A stretch of DNA of 60,344 nt from Candidatus Aenigmatarchaeota archaeon. GTDB lineage: Archaea; Aenigmatarchaeota; Aenigmatarchaeia; GW2011-AR5; JACRAC01. The stretch covers positions 1 to 60,344 of the forward strand of contig JACPJV010000006.1 of assembly GCA_016187395.1 (NCBI GenBank), written 5' to 3'. Positions 19,439 to 29,148 of the stretch are shown in pieces (within the stretch, counting starts at the first letter, position 1; each line of letters begins with the position of its first letter). The notes under the pieces are model-generated. The model was not told the DNA's origin, did no database searches, and was given only the letters and a program-made list of their open reading frames with translations. Both the position numbers and the translations under genes were made by a program.

Positions 19439-19534
19439 TATAGTGAAGCAAATTAATAATCCCGACTGGGAAATTTGCTTCACATATAGTGAGCAAGGAA
19501 ATATAATATCCTGATTATTCCTTGCATCACTATA
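19439..19534 (+). mobile_element. Double-hairpin MITE-like element, copy B (divergent)
   Basis: 96 bp; stems GTGAAGCAAATT/AATTTGCTTCAC and TATAGTGAGCAAGGAA/TTCCTTGCATCACTATA. Confidence 0.75.
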
Positions 19535-19592
19535 AATGCAAATGGCTGTTCAGGTAAATCATATTTAAATCGCTGAACAGCCAAGCGGTTTT

Positions 19593-19858
19593 GGGCCCGT
19601 AGCTCAGTTCCAAATCCTTTTCTTTCCGAAAGAAAAGTCTTTGGAGATTTCCAAAAGAAAGGTCCGGAAGCAAAGCCTCCGGAAATAGAAAAGGATTTTG
19701 AGAGCAATGGCAGAGCACTACGCTGATAACGTAGGGGCCGGGAGTTCGATTCAAGCGAACTAGGCGAGCAAGAGAAAAACGAGGCGAAGCCGAAGTTTTT
19801 CCGCAGCGAGCCGTGTGAGCGCGAAAGCTCACTGCTTGCGAACATCTCCTCGGGCCCA
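19593..19858 (+). tRNA. tRNA-Ile(GAU) with two non-canonical introns (15/16: 19608-19707; 59/60: 19751-19844)
   Basis: Exons GGGCCCGTAGCTCAG-TGGCAGAGCACTACGCTGATAACGTAGGGGCCGGGAGTTCGAT-TCTCCTCGGGCCCA; BHB central helices GCTC/GAGC and TTCG/CGAA with 3-nt bulges. Confidence 0.9.
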
Positions 19859-19907
19859 TTTTCAAAAAAAGCATTTAAACAGCAAGGACAACATTATAGC
19901 GATTATT

Positions 19908-20045
19908 ATGCCAGAGACGATAACTATAACAAAAGAAGAATACGATATACTCAAGAAAAAGGAGGAAATAGCGGACGATGTAATATTCCAGCTTTCAAAG
20001 AGCCTTGAGGACATGAAAAAAGGAAGGATAAAGAGGTCTGATTAG
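19908..20045 (+). CDS. Small putative antitoxin
   Basis: MPETITITKEEYDILKKK...SLEDMKKGRIK; adjacent to a RelE-like gene. Confidence 0.65.
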   Translation: MPETITITKEEYDILKKKEEIADDVIFQLSKSLEDMKKGRIKRSD

Positions 20046-20359
20046 AAGCTATTCAGGAATTCTATGTACTCTTCTTTATGAAGGAGAATGTAATCTATTA
20101 TCTTCTGCTGGTCCTTCTTGGATGCGAAAGAGACCAGTAATATTCTCGGCTTTTTCATTGATATCATGTAGTACAGCCTTTTGTTTTCGAATTTCTTCTC
20201 TCTGAACCACTGGAAACGTAATGGGTCTCCTGCCTTTGGATTTGATTTTAGTTGCCTTTTCATCTTGTTGATCCATTCCCTTTCCGTAGCTGTAAGAGAT
20301 TCGTATATCTTCGAGAAAGTTTCAGTTTCGAATGTTTCGTATTCTTCCATGAACATCAT
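20042..20359 (-). CDS. RelE-like toxin
   Basis: TETFSKIYESL...QLKSNPKAGDPL...FREKK...RLYY. Confidence 0.65.
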   Translation of the reverse strand: MMFMEEYETFETETFSKIYESLTATEREWINKMKRQLKSNPKAGDPLRFQWFREKKFENKRLYYMISMKKPRILLVSFASKKDQQKIIDYILLHKEEYIEFLNSF

Positions 20360-20500
20360 TGCGCGTGGAACCTATAAATTGATGAAAGACTTTACAACAA
20401 ATTTCAAAGGGAGGCTGTAATAAATTTAGTGAAACCCCGGTGCCAGAAACCTTTAAAAAGATTTGCTTTCTTATAACCTTTAAGTAGTGATAGAATAGGT

Positions 20501-21464
20501 GTGATTATGCTCAACCGACTAGGCTACGTTGCCGCTGCGATGCTCATACCTGCAGCTGCCGCTGCCGGCATAAAAGATGAAATTCCTGCTGCGTACGAAG
20601 AGCTCAGAACATGCGTAACAGATCCCGGAAGGCTTGGTTATGGAAGCAGGAAAGAATGCGAGTCTGGCGTTGCCAGTAAATATTCTATAAGCCCTGAACA
20701 GAAAAAAGAAGCCTACCGGGATATATGCTGGGACCTGCGCGACAAGGATAACACCTCTTCTACAGAAGAAAAAGATCGAAATCTTTTGGGATGCCTCGGA
20801 GATATAAAAAGTGCTGAAGAGGCTGAAGCTGTAAGAAGGCTTCCGGAGGGCAGGGAAAGCTGCTCCGGCTTTGGAGACGAATGGAAAAATATTTTCGATA
20901 CCCTTGACAGGCTGCAAGGCGAAGGCAGGATTATCGGGTGGTGGTGAAGGCAGGATTATCGGGTGGTGGTGCGACGAGGCTACTGTCGTGGAGCCTTATG
21001 CAACGCGCGGCGGAAAGTTTGACCCTAACCAGAAGGAGGGAGTTGTTCCTGCTGTCGTGGCAAGGAGGTATCCGACAGGCGACAAGAAGCCTGACGTGCT
21101 GGTGTGCCCGCAAGGCAGCGTTGTCTGCCAGTCTGTTGAGAACAGCTACAGAGGAAGCGTGGTATTTCTGCCTCAGATAAATTTTCCGCCTGCACAACCA
21201 CAATCAAGCGATTCTGTTAGCACGGATTATGAAGGCCCTATTGTGCAGGAAAAGGCAGGCTTTTGGAAAGGCTTTGGAAGAGGTTTGAGAGGTGCGCTTG
21301 GATTTGGAAAAGGAAAAAAGCCGGAAGATCCTCTGGAGATGGCGACAGGACTGGTTTACGCTCCTGAAGGCGGTTATGCGACAAGAATGGGCGAAAGAAA
21401 AACAGCTAAAGAGGTTATTGCCGAAGGCATAGAAAATGCAAGAAGGGGTGGTATGAGTGAATAA
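20501..21464 (+). pseudogene. Secreted hypothetical protein frameshifted by a 25-bp tandem duplication
   Basis: ORFs 20501-20947 and 20871-21464 both contain EGRIIGWW; removing one repeat copy fuses them. Confidence 0.75.
20921..20970 (+). repeat. Perfect 25-bp tandem duplication
   Basis: GAAGGCAGGATTATCGGGTGGTGGT x2. Confidence 0.95.
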
Positions 21465-21903
21465 ATATTTTATTGTGCTTCTGGGACTGATCATAATCAT
21501 GTCATCTACTGCAAATGCAGTGACGTCATTTGTCCCGGGATCTACGGTGCCAGGCGGCGCTGCAGCTTATGCAACTGCGCCTATACCTTCCCAGCCGGCT
21601 CCAAGCCCGTACAGCGCCGGCTATCTGGTTGGAGTAATGCCATACTATTGCTCTTACTGCTTCGGCTATCCATACTACTATAACTATCCTTACTACGGAT
21701 ACTACCCGAATTATTTCTACACGCTTACGTACAGCACTCCCGGCGTGCATGTCAGTTATACAAACTACGGCGGTGTTGTGCAGTCAGCGACGGTAGTCGT
21801 GAAGAAGAACGACTGGTTCCTGCTTGGCGGCTTTTCCCGTACAACAACAGGAACTACAAGCGGGGTCATTCTTGACAAAAGAAGCCTGTTTGCGATGGGG
21901 TAA
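21457..21903 (+). CDS. Secreted Tyr/Pro-rich hypothetical protein
   Basis: Signal peptide; YYCSYCFGYPYYYNYPYYGYYPNY. Confidence 0.65.
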   Translation: MNKYFIVLLGLIIIMSSTANAVTSFVPGSTVPGGAAAYATAPIPSQPAPSPYSAGYLVGVMPYYCSYCFGYPYYYNYPYYGYYPNYFYTLTYSTPGVHVSYTNYGGVVQSATVVVKKNDWFLLGGFSRTTTGTTSGVILDKRSLFAMG

Positions 21904-21996
21904 GACGACGATCGAGTGCCTATGGCAAATAAATTCGCTATTGACTTTGCAGAAGATTCTTAATTCCGTTTTTATTTATTCCTTCTTATCTGACAA

Positions 21997-22093
21997 TATA
22001 ATGCTACAAGAAAAGAATCGATAGTATGATGCTTTCTTGTGCACTATATGTAAACCAAATAAGGTATACCGATTATTTATTTGGTTCACTATA
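21997..22093 (-). mobile_element. Double-hairpin MITE-like element, copy C (divergent, reverse orientation)
   Basis: 97 bp; TATAATGCTACAAGAAA/TTTCTTGTGCACTATA and AACCAAATAA/TTATTTGGTT stems. Confidence 0.7.
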
Positions 22094-22117
22094 TACAATC
22101 TTTTAGTGTGATTTTTT

Positions 22118-23326
22118 ATGACAGACCCTTTGGAAAAGGAGAAGACGAAGCTGAAAAAGCTTGTGCGGGAACTGGGCTCAATCAAGGGCAGGCATACCGA
22201 ACTAGTCACGGTCTACGTGCCTGCCGGGTATAACCTCAATGAGATGATAAATACGCTGCGCAACGAGCAAAGCACTGCCATCAACATAAAATCAAAGGCA
22301 GTGCGAAAGAACGTCACGGCTGCCCTGGACAAGATAATTCAATACCTGGGCAATTACAGAAAAACTCCTCCAAACGGCCTTGCTGTTTTTTGCGGCAATG
22401 TTGCAGAAAAGGAAGGGCAGACTGATATTAAATTGTGGGCATTGGAGCCTCCTGAGCCTCTCAGGGCAAGGCTATACTGGTGCTTCCAGCAGTTTGATTT
22501 GCGGCCGCTGGAAGAGATGGTTGCTGAAAGGGAAATCTATGGAATTATTTTGATAGACAGAAGCGAGGCTGATGTTGCGCTGCTGAAAGGCAAGAAGATA
22601 GAATCCCTGTTCCATGCTGATTCGCTTGTGCCGGGCAAATCGAGGGCGGGAGGACAGAGCTCTGCACGCTTTGCACGGGTGCGTGAGGGACTTAAGCATG
22701 ACTGGTTCAAGCAGGTGACTGAGGCAGCTAACAAGATTTTCTCGGATCATCCGGAGATCCTTGGCATAATGATTTCCGGTCCCGGCCCCACCAAGGAAGA
22801 ATTCCTGAAAGAGGAACTGCTTCATGCAGAAGTGAAGAAGAAGATACTCGGCACTGTTGACACATCGTATACAGGCGACCACGGCTTAAGCGAGACCGTT
22901 GAAAGAGGGCAAGATCTGATAAGGGAAAGCGCTGTTGTGAAGGAAAAGAACCTTCTGCAGCGGTTTTTCATGGAGGTCCAGAAGCCCGGCGGGCTTGCAG
23001 TATACGGGCTGGACGAAACAGTAAACGCAGTTAACAGGGGGATTGTCGAGGAAGTTCTGGCAAGCGAGAAGGTTGAATTTGTAGAAATAGAATATGAGTG
23101 CCATGAAAGGAAAAAAATCTACGCAAAAAGAGGGGAAAGACCTCAGGCGTGCAATGAATGCAACAGAGCCCCTGTCGTGATCGGTGAAAAGGAACTGGAA
23201 GATGCGCTTATGGACGCATCCATACAGTTCGGGACAAAGATCACGATCGTATCTGCGGACACGCGCGAAGGACAGCAGTTTCTGGCGTTTGGCGGAATAG
23301 GCGGTTTTCTGAGATACCGGGCGTGA
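22118..23326 (+). CDS. prf1: Peptide chain release factor aRF1
   Basis: GRHTELVTVYVP, NIKS, AGGQSSARF, FGGIGGFLRY. Confidence 0.97.
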   Translation: MTDPLEKEKTKLKKLVRELGSIKGRHTELVTVYVPAGYNLNEMINTLRNEQSTAINIKSKAVRKNVTAALDKIIQYLGNYRKTPPNGLAVFCGNVAEKEGQTDIKLWALEPPEPLRARLYWCFQQFDLRPLEEMVAEREIYGIILIDRSEADVALLKGKKIESLFHADSLVPGKSRAGGQSSARFARVREGLKHDWFKQVTEAANKIFSDHPEILGIMISGPGPTKEEFLKEELLHAEVKKKILGTVDTSYTGDHGLSETVERGQDLIRESAVVKEKNLLQRFFMEVQKPGGLAVYGLDETVNAVNRGIVEEVLASEKVEFVEIEYECHERKKIYAKRGERPQACNECNRAPVVIGEKELEDALMDASIQFGTKITIVSADTREGQQFLAFGGIGGFLRYRA

Positions 23327-23330
23327 TGAT

Positions 23331-24368
23331 ATGAAAGCAGTATTTTTTGAAAAAACAGGCGGAGCAGAAGTGCTCAGACACGGAGAATTTCCAACTCCTA
23401 AACCGCAAAGGGGCGAAGCCCTTGTGCGAGTGCGGGCGGCTGGTCTAAATCGCCTTGATATTTGGTTGCGTGAGGACAAAGAAAATGCCCGCAATATCCC
23501 CATGCCTCACATTTCCGGCTCGGATGCCGCCGGAGTTATCGAGAAGATAAATGGCGAAAGTTCACTTAAAGTCGGGCAAGAGGTAATTTTGAACCCTGCT
23601 ATTCCCTGCGGTACTTGTCCTCGCTGTAAAAAAAGCGAGCCATGCGAGCTCGTTAAAATTTTCGGCGTGAAAAATCAGGGTAGTTACGCCGAGTATGTTA
23701 CTGCGCCAATTTCGCAATTCTATCCAAAGCCCCAAAACATTTCTTTTGTTGAGGCGGCAGCGTTTCCACTTACATTTCTCACTGCTTGGCACATGCTCGT
23801 TGGGCGAGCGAGTCTACGCAAAGGCGAGACAGTTTTTATTTGGGGCGCGTCCGGTGGCTTAGGTTCGTCAGCTATTCAAGTAGCAAAATATCTCGGCGCA
23901 AGAGTGATCGCCGCCGCAAAATCCAAGGAAGACTCAAAACAAATCCGCAAGATTGGCGCAGATGAAATTGTAATTTATACAAATGGAAATGTTGAAAGTG
24001 TTGTAAAGAATCTGACAAATAATCTCGGTGTTGATGTCGTTTTTGAAAGCGTTGGAGCGAAGACATGGAATACGACGCTCGCGATTCTTCGTCCTTACGG
24101 TCGGGCTGTTATTGCAGGAACAACCAGCGGTGATATGGGAACACAGGATCTGAGCGATATTTACGTCCGCCAGCTTTCGATTTTCGGTGCAAGAATGGGA
24201 ACAAAGGTGGAATTTGAAAAAGTTTTAGAATTGGTCGGCGCAGGAAAATTGAAGCCTGTTATTGACAAGGTTTTTCCGCTCAAGGAAGCGGCTGAAGCGC
24301 AACGCAGGATGGAAAAAAGGGGGCATGTTGGCAAGATTGTTTTGGAGGTTAAATCAAATATAATGTAA
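23331..24368 (+). CDS. Zinc-binding dehydrogenase (MDR/quinone oxidoreductase family)
   Basis: PHISGSDAAG, CGTCPRC...C, WGASGGLG, GHVGKIVL. Confidence 0.9.
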   Translation: MKAVFFEKTGGAEVLRHGEFPTPKPQRGEALVRVRAAGLNRLDIWLREDKENARNIPMPHISGSDAAGVIEKINGESSLKVGQEVILNPAIPCGTCPRCKKSEPCELVKIFGVKNQGSYAEYVTAPISQFYPKPQNISFVEAAAFPLTFLTAWHMLVGRASLRKGETVFIWGASGGLGSSAIQVAKYLGARVIAAAKSKEDSKQIRKIGADEIVIYTNGNVESVVKNLTNNLGVDVVFESVGAKTWNTTLAILRPYGRAVIAGTTSGDMGTQDLSDIYVRQLSIFGARMGTKVEFEKVLELVGAGKLKPVIDKVFPLKEAAEAQRRMEKRGHVGKIVLEVKSNIM

Positions 24369-24398
24369 AGGGGAAAACAAATTAACTATCTGCATAGT

Positions 24399-24736
24399 TT
24401 ATTCTCTGCAAACCAGTCCGTCTCTAAGAGGGAAACCATGATCGCCTGCATTGAGATGCCTGTTTGCGGCAATATTTCCGGGCGGTATGACAGCCAGAGG
24501 GACGTATCCTAATGCTACGCGTAGATTATAGTGAAACCACAAATAAAACGGAACATGATATTTGTGCTTTCCCATATAGCAAACCAACTTTGCTATGCGG
24601 TTTATTAAGTTGGTTTGCTATCCAAAGGCACAGAACCTCCATAACGATCAAAAGTGCTTTTCAGTTCTTCGTGCACTCTGCCTCCCATAGGAACTGCAAA
24701 GCTGTATACAATAACGGTTCCATTTTCGTTTGTCAT
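24399..24736 (-). pseudogene. Small hypothetical gene interrupted by element copy D
   Basis: Deleting 24529-24620 yields one 81-aa ORF MTNENGTV...GSVPLD|NLRVALGY...LVCRE*. Confidence 0.6.
24527..24620 (-). mobile_element. Double-hairpin MITE-like element, copy D
   Basis: 94 bp, TA-bounded; near reverse complement of 53276-53372. Confidence 0.8.
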
Positions 24737-24804
24737 ATATTCAACATCTGTTTTACCTGATATGAAAAATACAGATATTAAAAGTTTGGTTTTTCTCATG
24801 TTCT

Positions 24805-25455
24805 ATGAGTGTTCTTGCGTCAATACTATTGAGCGCACTTTTTGCTTCGCCGCTTTCTGCGAATACAGGCAATACTCTGGATACGCTTCGCATGTATCAG
24901 GAAAGATCGGAGAGAATCTCCTATTTTGCCGCTTATGCCGGCGATGCGAGGGTTAGAAGAGGGGGCGAAAGAAGCAGATATAGCAACACTAGCATATTCG
25001 CAAGAGATGATGAAGGCAATTACCATGCACAGGATCACATCCAGAACGGCAGAATCGTAGTAGACGTATACTTTATTGACGGTGTTGTAACTTTCTGCAA
25101 CCAGCGTGAAAAGGTCTGCAAGAGACAGGATCCGGACAAAACTCCTGGAACAAGAACAGGAGCTGTTATTAAGAAGATAGAAGACGGGGGAATGGATGTT
25201 GTAAATGCGCGATATAGCAAGGCTACTCTGAACGGAAATGAAGCTGTGAGATTCAACGTGGTTCTCAAAAACAACAGCCGGGAAGAAATGATCGTTCTGC
25301 TTCTTGACGAGAAAACCGGGGTTCCGCTTGTATACAGAAGCAGAATTACGGATGAGAACTACAGAAGCGATCTTAAAGAAGAGGTTTTCGCCTTTATCGA
25401 AGTACCGGAAGATCTTTTGGAGATACAGATACCTGAAGAATACGAAGTTGAATGA
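24805..25455 (+). CDS. Secreted hypothetical protein (paralog of 13650/54920)
   Basis: Signal peptide; VYFIDG..FC...C and LDEKTGVPL. Confidence 0.7.
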   Translation: MSVLASILLSALFASPLSANTGNTLDTLRMYQERSERISYFAAYAGDARVRRGGERSRYSNTSIFARDDEGNYHAQDHIQNGRIVVDVYFIDGVVTFCNQREKVCKRQDPDKTPGTRTGAVIKKIEDGGMDVVNARYSKATLNGNEAVRFNVVLKNNSREEMIVLLLDEKTGVPLVYRSRITDENYRSDLKEEVFAFIEVPEDLLEIQIPEEYEVE

Positions 25456-26175
25456 TCAGGCTGCTGCAATTTCCTTCGCGACAATTCCTTGTATTTCTGC
25501 CACTTTTTTGATGCAGTAATCCGGTGCAAATTTCCTGCATCCGCGGTGCGTGCCTATATGCACGGTGCGCAATCCGGCTTTCTTTGCACCTACGACATCT
25601 TCTTCCGGATTATTACCTACGACTATAACCTCGCTTGGTGTCATGTGCATCTGAGTAAGCGCTTTTTTGAACGGTATGCCTGTGTGTTTTTCATAGCCAA
25701 TCTGCTCGGATACTATAACGAAATCCAGGTGCTTGTTTAATTTCAACGATTCCAGAATCTTGTTCGTGCGTATTACAGTGCCGTTTGCGACAAGGCACGT
25801 GGAAACTCCCTGGGCTTTTATCGATTCCAGAACTTCAATCGTATCAGGATAGTTTTCAGCTAATTCTATCAAGGAAAGCTGCACGTGGTAGTCGAGGTTT
25901 ATTGCTATTGCAGGATCTATTCGAAAGCCCAGCTGCCTGCATGCCTCTACGAACACAAGTCCGATCTGGTGCCTCATCGGGCTGCCCTTGTACCTTACTT
26001 CTACTGCATCAGAGGCATTCTCGAAAACTTCTTTCCATTTTTTCAGCTCCGTCTTATAACCCAGAGAATGAAGAATATCAACGTACTTCCTGTAAGCATC
26101 GTTGCTCTTCCACTTTGAAGTATCTATAAGCGTACCGCCTGAGTCGAATATAACGCCTTTTATCATGCACCGCAC
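25456..26175 (-). CDS. HAD-superfamily hydrolase
   Basis: VIFDSGGTLID, VGNNPEEDVVGAKKAGL. Confidence 0.85.
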   Translation of the reverse strand: MRCMIKGVIFDSGGTLIDTSKWKSNDAYRKYVDILHSLGYKTELKKWKEVFENASDAVEVRYKGSPMRHQIGLVFVEACRQLGFRIDPAIAINLDYHVQLSLIELAENYPDTIEVLESIKAQGVSTCLVANGTVIRTNKILESLKLNKHLDFVIVSEQIGYEKHTGIPFKKALTQMHMTPSEVIVVGNNPEEDVVGAKKAGLRTVHIGTHRGCRKFAPDYCIKKVAEIQGIVAKEIAAA

Positions 26176-26342
26176 CCATCACTAACCCCATCACGCAGCC
26201 TTTAGCTAAAATGCAATTCGTTATGTATAGGTTGACCGAGTCCGATAATAAAGCAAGTGTCCCACACTAGGTGGGAGCATATAGGTAGAAAGGCAAAATG
26301 AAAAGGTTTTCTGTTTTTATCCTTTTCTGCTCTATTTTCTTG

Positions 26343-26621
26343 ATGAGAAGAGAAACATCGTGGCCTGAGCAGCGTGCCGGAAAGAAAGATTTTAGATACG
26401 GAGAAGGGATAAGGGAAGAGCCTCCTATTGCTGGATATAGGTGGATGACAAACGTAGACCGAACAAAGCTTCCGCAGGACACCCAGCGCAGAGAACTTCC
26501 TTACACAGACGAAGAAATAGCGCTTCGCTTTGCTGAAAGGAGAGGCGTTCCTGTTGCTGACATAATGGTTACTGCGTCATTATTGTTTCCGGATGGCAGG
26601 GCTGTTTACATAAAGGAATAG
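26343..26621 (+). CDS. Hypothetical protein
   Basis: ORF abuts the convergent gene at 26622. Confidence 0.55.
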   Translation: MRRETSWPEQRAGKKDFRYGEGIREEPPIAGYRWMTNVDRTKLPQDTQRRELPYTDEEIALRFAERRGVPVADIMVTASLLFPDGRAVYIKE

Positions 26622-27728
26622 CTACTTCCTGTCTCTCTCGTAGTAATAGCCTTCGGCAAAGAGGATCGTTTTTCTTCTGTCCTCGTACTTGTTCACGAAG
26701 CCTTTTTTCTTTGCGATCTTCTTCATCTGGTTTATGTTTGCGACCTCTGCCATCCTTTTCAAGACAGGTTTTTTCTTCACCTGTACGATAAACTTCTTGG
26801 GAAGCAGCTCTTTTTGCGCCTTCTTTCCGACCTTGGCGTAGAAAATCACTTTCTTTACGCCTTTTCTTATTTTTGTTTTTCGCTTAGCTTTGGCGTAGAA
26901 TTTGACGAGCTTCCTGCCTTTCCTTTTTTTTACTGCTTTTGGTTTCTTCCTGACTTTGGCGTAGAATTTGACGAGCTTCTTGCCCCTTGCCTTTCTTGCA
27001 GTTCTTCTTTTTAATGTCCTTCTGGTTTTTCTTTTCGCCTTTTTTATCTTGGCGTAGAATACTATTTTTTTCCTGCCTTTCATTATCCTGATCTTCTTCC
27101 TTTTTTTCTTTATCTTCATGATCACCGGCTGCGGCTCTGGAATCCGGATATGGACATATTCTGGCTTCGGAGGCAATTCCTGCTTTACTTTCGTCTCCTC
27201 AATCCTGTCTTTTACATCGATGATCTCTGTTTTAATCTCAGATATCTCCCGAAGCTGCTGGTTCCTTATGATGTCCAGTTCTTCCTTTATTGCGCCAAGC
27301 TGCCTCTGCTCAAACACGGGCTGGCTTGACAGTATCCTTATCTGACCTCTTACTTCGTCGAGCTCTTCTTTAATCTCGTTCAGTCTCTGCGGTTCAAATG
27401 CGGGCTGGCTGGACAAGACTCTTATCCGGCTCCTCACATCATCCACTTCTTCCTTGATTTCCTTCACTTCGCTAAACTGTTTCCGTATGTCATCCAGCTC
27501 TTCCTTTATTTCATTCAGCCGTCTTATCTCTATCGCACTTGCCAAAGGTTTGGCAGAAATAGCTGTTTTTATTTCGTTTAGCCCTTCCTTCACCTCCTTT
27601 ATTTCGTTTGCATCCGGATTGCTGGAATTCTTGAATGCATCCGGAGCGTATATGTGTTCAAGCATCATGTCGTCCCATCCTATATCGGCATCTTTTCTGA
27701 AATAATACTTTGCTCTGACAGGCTCCAT
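26622..27728 (-). CDS. Coiled-coil protein with Lys-rich repetitive tail
   Basis: Repeated LNEIKEELD..R units; four KK(L/I/V)xxFYAK-type repeats. Confidence 0.75.
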   Translation of the reverse strand: MEPVRAKYYFRKDADIGWDDMMLEHIYAPDAFKNSSNPDANEIKEVKEGLNEIKTAISAKPLASAIEIRRLNEIKEELDDIRKQFSEVKEIKEEVDDVRSRIRVLSSQPAFEPQRLNEIKEELDEVRGQIRILSSQPVFEQRQLGAIKEELDIIRNQQLREISEIKTEIIDVKDRIEETKVKQELPPKPEYVHIRIPEPQPVIMKIKKKRKKIRIMKGRKKIVFYAKIKKAKRKTRRTLKRRTARKARGKKLVKFYAKVRKKPKAVKKRKGRKLVKFYAKAKRKTKIRKGVKKVIFYAKVGKKAQKELLPKKFIVQVKKKPVLKRMAEVANINQMKKIAKKKGFVNKYEDRRKTILFAEGYYYERDRK

Positions 27729-27785
27729 GAGTTATTAACTAGTGGTAAATTATTAAAACGCAGATGAATGCAAGGCTTTAAAAAT

Positions 27786-28232
27786 TCATTTTCTTCTCAT
27801 TTCCCACCACACGAGGGACAATAAAATTGCAGCTACTATGAAAACTACAGGCAAAAATACATCGTCAGGGACGACGCTGCAGTTCTGGACAATTTCCAGC
27901 GGCGCCTGCAATACTGTATTATTCCGGCGCAGCTTGACGGATGCTACGGCATTATCTGTGTCAAGCATTCTTACCCTCACAACTGCCTCGCCGCTGCAGA
28001 GCGCGTTAGGCACGTAAAAAAATGAGTCTTTCCATCCGTCCCTGTGAAGGACCTCCGCAGGCGCTTCTATCTTGACGTCAAAGCAGCCTTCTCCTTCATG
28101 CTCCACGTGCACAAGGAAGTCGCGGCATTCGCCGCTCGCAGACGCGGTAAGGGCGTGGGACGGCGGGATGAAAAATAAAACCACTAGAAGAGAAAAAACA
28201 AAGGCGCGGCGGAATTTTTTTGGGCTGTGCAT
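27786..28232 (-). CDS. Secreted, C-terminally anchored hypothetical protein
   Basis: Signal peptide (…PSHA) and C-terminal TM followed by RRK. Confidence 0.65.
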   Translation of the reverse strand: MHSPKKFRRAFVFSLLVVLFFIPPSHALTASASGECRDFLVHVEHEGEGCFDVKIEAPAEVLHRDGWKDSFFYVPNALCSGEAVVRVRMLDTDNAVASVKLRRNNTVLQAPLEIVQNCSVVPDDVFLPVVFIVAAILLSLVWWEMRRK

Positions 28233-28310
28233 AACCAGATTAGGAAAAGCTGGAAATAAAGGTTTGTGATAGCAAGGCATGGAAGGTGATGAAATCCTTC
28301 TGGAAAAACC

Positions 28311-29075
28311 TCACATTATCCCGAAAACATGCAGCGCATTCTCCGCTGTCTGCGAAAGAGCCTCTTCTTTATCAATGTTCTTGATGTTCGCCACGACTTC
28401 TGCTGTATGAACTATCTTCCAAGGACGGTTGGTCAGCTTCTGCTCAACGCCCGGCGGCCTCTCCGGATCTAGCCACGGTGCGTCTGTCTCCAGAAGCATC
28501 CTTGATAAAGGCACTCCGTGCATCAAACGCGGATGCTTTTTCGTGTAGCAGGCATTTGTAGCAAAGGAAAGGTACCACGCAGGGTGGGTCAGGATAAATT
28601 CTGAAAGGGATTCTGTCCCTGAATAGCAATGGAAGATTACACGCTGCACCTTTTTTTCTGCAAGGATCTTTGGCACATCGTTCCATGCGTCACGGCAGTG
28701 AATTACCAGCGGCTTTTTCAGTTCCATGGCAAGATCTATAAATCTTTTGAAGACTTCCTGCTGCTGGATGGCGTCATAATCGCCGCGATATTCCAGCCCT
28801 ACTTCGCCTATGGCCGCAATGTCAGGGGCTGCGTTCCTTATCATCGTGATGTATTTGCCTATTCCTGCGTCTGAATAATCCTTCACGTGCTCAGGATGAA
28901 ATCCTGCGCATAGAAAAAGAAAGCCCCTATGTTTCCTCTGCAGGATGAGCATGTCTGCCAGGTTTTTGGGGTCAGCAACACTGGTGAATATTGCGCGCAT
29001 CCCTCTTTCCTTCGCCTCATTCACAACATCGGAAGGATTCTCCATGTGTTCAAGGTGACAATGCACATCAATCAT
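28311..29075 (-). CDS. tatD: TatD-family hydrolase
   Basis: MIDVHCHL, GFHP, AIGEVGL, IHCR, FHCYSG, LLETDAP. Confidence 0.92.
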   Translation of the reverse strand: MIDVHCHLEHMENPSDVVNEAKERGMRAIFTSVADPKNLADMLILQRKHRGFLFLCAGFHPEHVKDYSDAGIGKYITMIRNAAPDIAAIGEVGLEYRGDYDAIQQQEVFKRFIDLAMELKKPLVIHCRDAWNDVPKILAEKKVQRVIFHCYSGTESLSEFILTHPAWYLSFATNACYTKKHPRLMHGVPLSRMLLETDAPWLDPERPPGVEQKLTNRPWKIVHTAEVVANIKNIDKEEALSQTAENALHVFGIM

Positions 29076-29148
29076 ACTATCAATATTGAAAAGAGGGCTA
29101 TAAAAACAGGTTAAGAAATTTTCGGTGTCTACAGATAGTGGAGGTTTC

